This document shows, in pieces, positions 54,469 through 64,000 of a stretch of 64,000 nucleotides of DNA. Made by a program: the position numbers and the translations under genes. Source of the DNA: Trichosphaerium sp. ATCC 40318 (Eukaryota > Protista > Tubulinea); contig JALMLS010000057.1 of NCBI GenBank assembly GCA_038496445.1, positions 62,001 through 126,000 of the forward strand. Reading direction: 5' to 3'. Numbering within the stretch: the first letter of the stretch is position 1; the number at the start of each line of letters is the position of its first letter. Below the pieces are notes generated by a model. The model did no database searches. It worked only from the letters and a program-made list of their open reading frames with translations, and was not told the DNA's origin.

Positions 54469-57085
54469 ATGGATTGGTTAAGGAAACATAGCTCAATATT
54501 GGAGTCGTGGGTTAAGCTCAATGTAAAACACTCAAAAGACAATACAGTTAGCCTTACAAACCTCGTACGTCTCATGAGAGAACAGATTCCGAAGGTTTGT
54601 AGCGTTGTACGTCGTTTTTGGAGTTGGCACTTGTATTCAAACTTTGTAGAATGATGTGGACGCTCCGACTTTACGAGGATATGCGGCTGAGCACCTTTTT
54701 AAAGTTTTCAAGTCAAAAATATTTAGTGGGGACGTTATTTACGATGTAGAGGTGGTTTCTAAGAAGTCAGTACGTTTATACCAACTGTCAAGCTGTTTTC
54801 GTACCAACATACTAAATCATTGACAAGAAAAAAAACGCAACACAACCTGTCGTGTTGGTAATTTCTGATGAAGACTCAGACGTAACGTCAACGCCAAGGC
54901 AGCATACAGCGGGAACAAATGTGACACCAAAACGACCAACATGTGCTATTGTGCAGCCGTTGAATACTCAATTGCCTGCCTCTGCGGTACCAAAGACAAC
55001 GCCGTCAGAGAACTACTTGGGATTGCTTGGGGCAGCCAAAAATAATTTTTCCGTTTTGGGTAAAGGCAAGAAGAACTATTTTGTACCAGCACCTGGTGTG
55101 GCTAAAAGTAAGTTTTCTGGTTTGGGTAAACGTATAGGTGTTGTTCATTTGCCCGCCAACCGCCCTAAATCACCGCCGTACCCAACCTCTCAGTGGGCGC
55201 CACCTGCATTTTTGAGCGCAGAGCAGGTTCAACGTGTTTACACCGCAACAAAATCGCCACAGAGGAGTACACAAACGCCCAAACTACCATTGCGGACAGG
55301 TGTAAGAATCAATGGTAGTTTGGCTCTAAGCGAAAGCACATCAACAACGAAGAAGAGTCCAGTGAAGTTATCATCTTCTGTTCCTCCTAAAAAAGCAACA
55401 CGTGCACCAGTTTCGAGTACCTCAAGTACATCTATAGAACCTAAGACGAGCTCTAAGAGCAAATCAAAGAGATCAACAAAGCTTGCGCGTACACAAACCA
55501 ATGGTCCTCCTAAACACACCGCAAGTTCACTAAGCAAGACCACAAGGCAAACAGTACCAACAAAGAAGTCCACGATGTCGAAATTCAATAGGCTCACTGC
55601 ACCATCTAAGGGGAAAAGCAAGGCTAGTGGGAAGGTGACCACGACACCTCTATTCCCTGCATCTTCCAAAGCGACCCTTACTGCATCATCGCCACTAAGT
55701 AGATCAGCAAAGAAGACAGCCAGAACAATGAGTAAGAAACAAAGCTCCAAACATCTTTCCAAAAAAACTGGTAAAAGCCTTCCAAAAGCAAGCTTGAAAG
55801 GACCAGCCTATAATTCATTTATATCCTCTACGGGACTGGGGCGTCCACTACATACTGCTCAAAGATATATACCGCCTAGTAAACTGGTTAAGAAGACCAC
55901 CATAACACCTACTGTCCCAAAGAAAAAAATTTGGGCAAACTTTACAAAGTATGATTGTTGCTCTACGTTATTCTAACTTATCCTGTAGACGTGCTTCTCC
56001 AACTAAGGCGCCTCTTCGATTTATAGGGCAGACAAGTAATGTAGGCACCAGCGGTAGTACTTGCAGTGCCCACCAAAGTGTAAATTTGGTAAGTGTTAAA
56101 CTTTGATACTGTATCTTCACTTGCAAACAACTTTTTTAACGTAGCAGGCTCAAGCACGAAGCAGTATTGTTCGGGGATACACAGGGCCTCCTATGCCTAA
56201 AAGATCAACTACAAACCAACAGTCACCAACAGAAATGTCATCAATACGTAATCTTGTGAAGGGTTTTTATTTTTATTTATTTCTGTGTAGGAAGAAGAGA
56301 TGATCAAATAATGACAGATGCTTCATCTAGGGGATCAGGAACTAATATTACAGTACCTATACAGGCTCGTACTAATAAACGAAAGAGAGTGCCAAATACA
56401 GCAGACGAGTCAACAGCAAAGAGACAGCAAGTCATTCGTAGCTCCTTGGGACATCATTTAGATTCTGTCAATACACCAGAACTTGGTATAACTCTAACAA
56501 GCGTTGAGAGCCAAACCACAACACCAGTGGTTAATAGCAGTGCTTTGAAGAAAGTCACAAAGAAGAACGAAGAGCTTGAAAAGGACAACGATAAGTTAAG
56601 AAAAGAAAACAAGGCATTGGAAGCAAAGCTGAGACAATTACAAGCAGAGTCAAGAGAAAGAGAAGCAAAAATGAATGAAAAAGAGAAAGAATATCAACAA
56701 GCTCTTGAAGCAAGTCGTCTAGACAAGGTTTCGTTACTTCAAAAATCTGCAGAAGAAAAAGGAAGTTTGGAGCGTGAGTTTACAAGGAGGATTGAAGAGT
56801 CTCAGAGTGAGCTTAATGAGGAGAAAACAAATCATTTATCATTCAAGAATGCTATTTTTTCTAAATTAAGTTTGGAACCATCAAACGAAATACTCAATAG
56901 TGATGAGGTACGCAATGACGCCAGTTTCTTTTTTTTTTCTTGTTTTCAACAACCGTCTAAACTCTCTTTACTAGGCTTCGTTGAATTTGATTAAAGAATC
57001 ATTTGAAGGATTGATGCCTGTTGAAAATGATGCGGAACGTAACCAGGGTGTGGACGCTGATTTACCGGATTATACGTGGTTTTAG
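54469..57085 (+). CDS. Hypothetical protein: small folded N-terminus, long S/T/K-rich region, C-terminal coiled coil
   Basis: Long exon ORFs 54852-55950 and 56311-56907 joined by GT-AG introns. Confidence 0.7.
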
Positions 57086-57799
57086 ATTATACTAATGTAC
57101 ATAATAAACAAAAAGTTGTAAAGTAACTACTGTACTGCCTTTGACAGAAATTCATTTTTTCCATTGGTTAAGCCGTGTTGTTGATGGTAAACTGTGTAGA
57201 TGTCTAGTTAGGAGGAAACAACGGTTCGATTGCCAGTAGCTTGTGTTGTTGTTGGTATGTTGATACTTTTATGAGAATGGTGAAAACAGTATCAATGCTG
57301 TCTGTCACGAAATATCATTGCAAATAAGCGTTTAAATTGAGAGCTCTGGGACAGAGAGTGCAGGCGAATATAATCGCAACCAAAATAGTCTTATTGTGGT
57401 GAAACTGATGAAGAGGGACATACATTTGTTATTGTCCTTTTGTTGTGTAGTTAGTGGTCTTTGAACTATTATTTTCTTTCTCCATTTTGGCTTAAAGCGA
57501 AATGAATGGATAGAGCAATTTACATTGGTAATAGAATTGTGTAATCAAGCAACCTCACGCCAAACTAACAAATAAACTACACAATGCTTGACGCTGAGAT
57601 TGTTCTCTAACCAAATTTTGCCACAATAATTCCCTGAATTTGTTTCGCGTCTTCACGTGGCTCCAAAAAAAGCAACCATACGTAATATTATGTAAGGTTT
57701 GATTTGACCAAAAACGGAAAGCTGTTCGTAAAATGTTCCACATTCTTTACTTTCTTATAATACAATTTTACAGTGCACGTATTTTTCTTCACTTCTTTT

Positions 57800-59336
57800 T
57801 CATGTTCTTTTTGTTTTGCGTTTCTTGGGTGAAGACCTTCTTTTTGGGCTGCTAGCCTTTCTTTTCTTGGTCGATTTTCCTGGACTTCCACTCCGCTTGT
57901 TTACTACTCTGGGACTCTTTCGTTTACTAGGTGTCTTCTTTGCCTGAAAATAAATTAAACCACTATTAACCAAAAAAACAAAAAAACAAAAAAAAATACA
58001 AACGTGCAAGTGCACGTGCTCGTTAAATTATAGCATGCTATAAATATGTAAAAATATGAATGCAATTTTTTGCAAGCTGTAATCATGTATCAACGTACTG
58101 GTTTACTAGGTGTCATGCCTGCAACAAAAAAATGAGTAGGTATTAATTAATTATTTTTTTAATTGTATTTTACGTACTCTTTCGTCGCTTTTCTAGTTGA
58201 TCTTTTCGCTTCTTTAACAACTTTGTAAATTCTTGTCTAAAAGTATCTCTGTCCTCTTTTGGCACCTTAGCAAGTTGCTCCTACAAGAAAAAAAATTGGC
58301 TACAGAGTACAAAAAATCAAACAAAAAAAAAAAAGAGCACGTGATAGCAATAGGTTTATAGACACCGTACGCTGAAGGCTTGCTTATAAGCCGCTCTTTT
58401 GACATCCTTATTTGGAGTCATAACAGTGGATTCAATGCGAGCTAGGGCAGCTTGTTGATATCTCTGCATTAGCGTTAGTCTTGTCATTGAAATAACAAAA
58501 AATTTTGAAATGAAATGTCATTGTTACCTCCGCCTTTCCCGGCGTTATTGTCTGCCATTTTGAAGTGCTGGTGCTTTCAGATACACTCTCGTCCTTCTCA
58601 GGCGTTCTGTATCGGCTGTTACGTGGTGTGGAACGGGAACCCCTTCTTGGGACCTTAGATTGCCTATTCGGCGGTGTTCTAGGCGTCTTTGGCGTTTTGG
58701 GTGTTCGTGGTGACTTTGAAACGCTTTGGCGCCTTTTTGACGCTTTTTTTTTGGGTGGCGATGGCTCTGAAAGATTGTCAAAATCAATTTCACGATCTTC
58801 ATTGCCTTTTAGCTCAAACTCCTCGTCTGAGTGGACTTGTTGGCTCAATTTTTCCAGTAATTCTTTTCCTTTCTTTGTTTCGGACTGTAATAACGCGTGA
58901 GTAACTAAAAAAGTGCATAGAATGAATGTTAAAAAAGGCGTTGGTACAAAAAAAACCAAAAAAAAAAAAACGATTAAAAAATATCTGTTGAGTGATCAGT
59001 ATGCTATAATTATACTGCTTTAACGCGCGTGTGCACGAATTTAACGGTATTAAAACAAAATATAATTTTACATACTGGTAAGCTTTTCCTTCGTTTTTTC
59101 TTTTGCTGTGATCCTTCTGGCGACTCTACAGAGTCTAATTTTGTTTTTGCTGGTTTGCTTGGTGTTTTGGCGGGGGTATTGTTCGAACGTCTTCTAGACG
59201 CGCGTCGCTTCTGCTTAGGAGTGCTTTCCTTTGGTGTACGTTTATAAGAAACAGAAACCCTTCTACTCTTGATAACTACATCTTCGTCTGGGAATAGAGG
59301 CTGTTGGCTGTCATAGTCGTCGCTCATATCAGACAT
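57800..59336 (-). CDS. Highly basic disordered protein rich in [S/T]P-x-[K/R] (CDK-type) sites
   Basis: TPKTPKTPRTP, SPKRRSSPKKR, TPSKRKSPR across several short exons. Confidence 0.65.
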
Positions 59337-59532
59337 TTTGTCAGCGTAACGGTCGGAGAAACAGACTGGTAATTTGAATCAAAATAACAGCTTTGACTGG
59401 CTTATCTCGCCCGTGTATAATTCCGAAAGTAGTGTCTCCTGAAAAGTGGCGCTGTGGTTGGTTGGCACCACATAGTTTACATTTACAATTCGCTCAGCAC
59501 AGAAATTCGACGCGCACCTAAAAAGCCCTCAT

Positions 59533-61905
59533 ATGGACCCTACGGCTTTGAGTGCAGGCTCTCACACAAATAGTATTGCTCCAAAAATCCAAAGAGACCC
59601 TATTGGATTGGCGAATAGCTGTGGTACCATTACTCGTGAGCGTACTTCGCCTGTGACTGCTTTGAGTCATAGTGCCAAGGTGTACCCAACTTATAAAAGA
59701 GACCACTCCAGAAACGCACGATTACCGCTGCAACTACTCAAGCAGATAGAAAACGACAATATTGCAAAAGAAGATAATTCCCAACGTTCTATGGAAACAC
59801 TGCAACTCGAGGTTGAAATGGAGTGGTTTGACAAAACTCTAAAAAGAAAAGATTCTGAAGATACAAATGAAGAAGAAACACAAAACACGCCCCCAAAGCG
59901 CCTTTCTCAAACCAAGTCACTTATAGAGGTACCAAATATGGGACACTTTGCCTGAATTGCGTAAGCACTATGCTAATGTCGGTTTGCAGCTTATATTTAT
60001 GGACGGGTATCTCCTTATTTGTTTGTTTTGTGACACACTCCCAATGACGGAGTGTGCGCGTTTAAGCCTTGCTATTCTAAAGGTATTTCAATACTACAAC
60101 AAGCCTATGGAGCTATTAACTTCTTTGATCCATTTTGAAGTACAAAAAACGCGTATGTGTCTCTCTTTAGCTTTACTATCTGTTTTATTTACTTGTCATC
60201 TTAATGTAGGGTTCGCTGCGACATTGTTCCGCAATAATACAGTAACTACAAATGTGATGACAAAGTTTTGTGTAAATAATGGTCGACAGTACTTGCAACG
60301 CGTTGTTGGAAGCATAATTAAAAAGCTTGGAAGCACTGATTTACTATGCTATGAGGTACATTCTATTATTTATTTAGTGTTTCTTGGTTGCATTGGACAA
60401 ATGGTGCTTACAAGACTCGTTAGGTTGAACCTTCAAGGCTAAAGGCAGGACAGTTTTTGGCTAAAAATGTAAAGAATTTAATCAAATTGACGAAAACTTT
60501 TCTTGATAGTATTGTGGGATCCTTACAGTCTCTCCCAATGTACGTATTCTCATATATATTACTGAATATGTATTGATATATAATAGGCCAATTCGTCGGT
60601 TGTGTATACTACTAAGTCAAAAAGCTATCGAACGATTTCCTGAAAGTGGCACTACGGTATGTTTTCTTTTTCCCTCACTTCTACTGAGGTACTTGACGTT
60701 AATGTTATTTAGGCTATTGGTGGTCTATATTTCTTAAGGTTTGTGTGTCCTGCAATTGTATCACCAGAAGGTTTTGGTATTGATACAGGTGCGTCACAGT
60801 CGTTTAACTAAAGGTTTTTTACTATCTAGTAAAAGCTAACTGTTTTTTTTGAATGAACATTTCTCAATTATCCTGTAGGCGGACCAATAGCCAGAGAAAC
60901 GCGACGTGGTTTAATACTAGTATCTAAAGTATTAATGACAATGGCTAGTGAGCATCATCTAGTTAAAGAAGAATATATGTTACCTCTAAAGGACTTAGTC
61001 CTTGAATACTCAGATTCTATTAAAGTATTTTTTACAGCACTGGCGGTACTATCTAGGTATTTTAATCCAATACTCATGTCATATATTTAGACACCAGCTG
61101 ACCCAAGACATGATCAAATATTTGAATCTTGGCATGTCACTAAGGCTGAATTTCTTGGTTCAATGCTTTCTATAAAACGAGAGATTCACAAGCAATTAAA
61201 TAAAGGCAAATTAGAAGAAGCGTTGAAGAAGGATTCAAATAAAGAGGTACGAGACAATAGTAATAATTCTTGACTTGTTTACTTATAATATCAAATAGGA
61301 AGGTCCACAGATCCTACGCGCTTTACGTACAAAAGCAGGGGAACAAATATGTGAAGTTCCAGAAAAAGCAATGTTCCACAGAGCAATACCAAATTACTCG
61401 TAAGTCGCTCTTTCATTTTTTTTTCAGCAGCTTGCTTTATGTTGTATATTTACTGTTCACATAGACGCGTAAGGCCAGTGACTACATCACGTGAGAGAAG
61501 AAAGAGCTCTCCTAAGCCTCGTAGAAAAGGATGGGTGCCTGCTAAAAAGCACGGAAGTGCAAAGTCCTATGATTTCGATAATCTATGGGCTGCAGCGAAG
61601 CCAATAAAGGTACCTTCAGTGGTTCAGCTGCTTGAATTTTTTTTTTCACAAACGTGCCGAATTTGACCCTTCTTTTTCAGGCAAAATCTTCTCCTTCGTC
61701 ACCAACGAATTCTCGACAAGAGCGCACAACACCTACATCACTTACACCCAAAGGTCATGTTAGGAATAGAAGTAATTGTATTGCTCCATTAATTCCTGAC
61801 ATGACTTACTTGGAAAGAAGTGCCGATAGCAATTTGCTTATCCCAATACCTTCTGTTACTGTAGAAGATAAGACTCCCACCCATGACTTTTCAAAATGGG
61901 TGTGA
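59533..61905 (+). CDS. Ras GTPase-activating protein (RasGAP domain)
   Basis: ATLFRNNT (arginine finger), EVEP, YFLRFVCPAIVSP, RRGLILVSKVLMTMA. Confidence 0.92.
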
Positions 61906-62162
61906 TTATTATTACGCATCACGTGATGTAGTTTTTACTTCACAAGCAGCATTTATCGCGTGCTGTCAAAACAAAAAAAAACCGCGAAATTTTTCTGATT
62001 TGTGTACACTATTATACAAAGCTAAATACATTCTCTTATAACTACATATTGGTTTTTTACTTGGTTTGTGGTGGGAAGAATTGTAGCTATTTTTTTCTCA
62101 TTTTAGTCAGTTTTTTTTGCCTTTAATCACTGAAGGATGTGTAAACAGTTACAAATAACAAC

Positions 62163-62900
62163 ATGGCTTCTGAAAGGTACGTATAATGATTAACGTGTAG
62201 TACTGAGTTGATTGGCTGTTGAAACAGCATAGTTTGTAGTATTAATTCGCGGCTGTAGCAAGCAATATCAATCAAAATCCGCTCTTATACTGTTAGACTT
62301 GCCTTATGAGCTTATATTAGCTCTATCGGATTACGATATTGTAGTACGCATAAAATATCCTCTCTTATGCCTTCACACAGTAAGGACATGCTTTAACGAG
62401 TCATTAAACAAACATGGCAAATTTTTCAAAACAAGCAACGGAAAATTAGTTGCCAGTTGTTACTTCTCTGACAACAAACCAGAAGGGTTGTACAAGCGCT
62501 GGAATACAAATGGCCAATTGATGGAACTGCGAAACTATGTTGAAGGCAAACTTGATGGCAGTCGCAGTAGGTGGTATGCATGTGGCTCGCTAGGCATGAG
62601 ATGCCAGTATTCTGCAGGAGTATTACACGGCAAGTACGAGAAGTGGCACATCAATGGCAAAAAATGGGTACTACAGCATTACAAATATGGTAAGAAGCAT
62701 GGCAAAACACAAAAGTGGTTCAGGTATCTCGGTTTCTTGCTCGTATAGCCTACTCATGACTTCTTTAAAGTAACGGAAAACTGTGGGAAGATTGTTGGTT
62801 TGACTGTGGCACTCTTCATGGAGAATACAAGAGATGGACGAGGGAAGGTAAGATATTATCCGCCACTACGTACATAGACGGATCGAAAGTGTATGGCTAA
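62163..62900 (+). CDS. MORN_2 (YwqK-type) repeat protein with F-box-like N-terminus
   Basis: LDLPYELIL followed by repeats of G.LHG.Y..W..NG. Confidence 0.75.
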
Positions 62901-63207
62901 TAAAAATAAATTGTATTCCGACCCGCCTGCTTTTTATGTTGTCCGCGTGGAGTTTCCAAAATGCGTAAATTTATGCGTAAATTATAACCACGTAGCGTTT
63001 TCTTTCATGGCATTGTCCACGAAAAGGAGTTATCAGGGGAGTGATTAAAAGGAGGCCGCGGAGCTCATATACTAGTTCATACTACGCAGGAACCAAGTAC
63101 GCCAACTGACGTGCCCGCCAGACAATTTTTTGTGCGTTTTAATCACCGCGACTTTGCTTTTACCGCAGAAAAAACTTCAAGATTACTCCCAACGCACCTT
63201 ACTAACA

Positions 63208-63487
63208 ATGGCTTCATCCGGAACTCAACTAAAGCGTCTACAGAACGAGAAAACCGCCCTAACAGCGGAGGTAGAGTTTACTGGCAAACTCACCCGAGTG
63301 TCCGAAGCCTGCGCAGAGTGAGTGCAAATAATCCATTTTGCTAATCGGAGCTTATTACGCTAATTTTGAAATAACGATTTTTAGGCTTGCAGCTTACATA
63401 CAAAAGACAGACGAGCCATTTGGCCCTAATCCTACTAGCGAAAATCCTTTCACAGTGCGAAAATCGAGTACTTGCTCTCTTGTATAA
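63208..63487 (+). CDS. Heterotrimeric G-protein gamma subunit
   Basis: RVSEACAELAAYI..DEPF..ENPF..CSLV* (GGL motif plus CaaX), one intron. Confidence 0.88.
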
Positions 63488-63789
63488 AGCACGCCAACCC
63501 CCTCCTCTAATTGTATGTAAATCAAGTAAAACAATTGTAGATTGCTATAATATGCGTTCGGCAAACTCTTATTTTTGTTTTTGTTCGAACACCGAAACAC
63601 AACACCAAACCAATTGCAAACGCATGATCATCATACAACCTTTGCATTTATCTTTTTATTTATTTGGGGCATTTTGCGTTTTTTTTTTATTTTTACATCA
63701 CTGTCCGTTTGGCGTTTGCAAGGCACTAAGAGCACAACGTATCAAACGCTGTCCTTCGTTTAAAATTTTTTGAAGCTAAACTATCACTT

Positions 63790-64000
63790 TCAGCTTTTTT
63801 TGTTTTCAGGCCGTAACCCATCAGGATTGCTTGGATACCATACTTGGGAAGAGGACGTTATAGCGCGAGCCCAATTAAGTTTTTTCCAAAAACCCGAACA
63901 TTCAGCAATAAATTGCTCCGCTTCGACCTAGTAAAAGTAAGTTTTTGATAGAATGTCCTTTTTTCTTCTAGTTGAGCTTTTGTTCGTACCTGTTCTAGCA
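63790..64000 (-). CDS. 3' end of an unidentified gene entering from the right edge
   Basis: Terminal exon VEAEQFIAECSGFWKKLNWARAITSSSQVWYPSNPDGLRPENKKS* preceded by a GT-AG intron. Confidence 0.5.

Overview
Gene-dense, AT-rich eukaryotic DNA with many short (~35-100 nt) spliceosomal introns. The gene content (CLU-domain protein, RapGAP, RasGAP, G-gamma, ependymin-like protein) suggests a free-living amoeba/protist; this is inference. About 28 intron-containing genes are recognisable, mostly housekeeping (NSUN2, eIF3m, IleRS, Sec61alpha, ASCC1, DnaJA, TAF9). The main find is a compact cluster of bacterial-type genes at 16.6-23.1 kb. It contains (i) a PhnD/phosphonate-binding-fold gene whose spliced frame has an in-frame UGA at a position I recall as a conserved Cys (ELGWI-U-SPTY), followed by a well-formed type II SECIS hairpin in its 3' UTR, i.e. 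a probable new selenoprotein; (ii) immediately downstream, a single-module NRPS-like A-T-R reductase; and (iii) a divergently transcribed SAM methyltransferase. Other points are an N-myristoylated Rab lacking C-terminal cysteines, candidate intronic snoRNAs, GC-AG introns and a recurrent TCACGTGA motif. Gene models were spliced by hand and family assignments come from motif recognition, not database searches.
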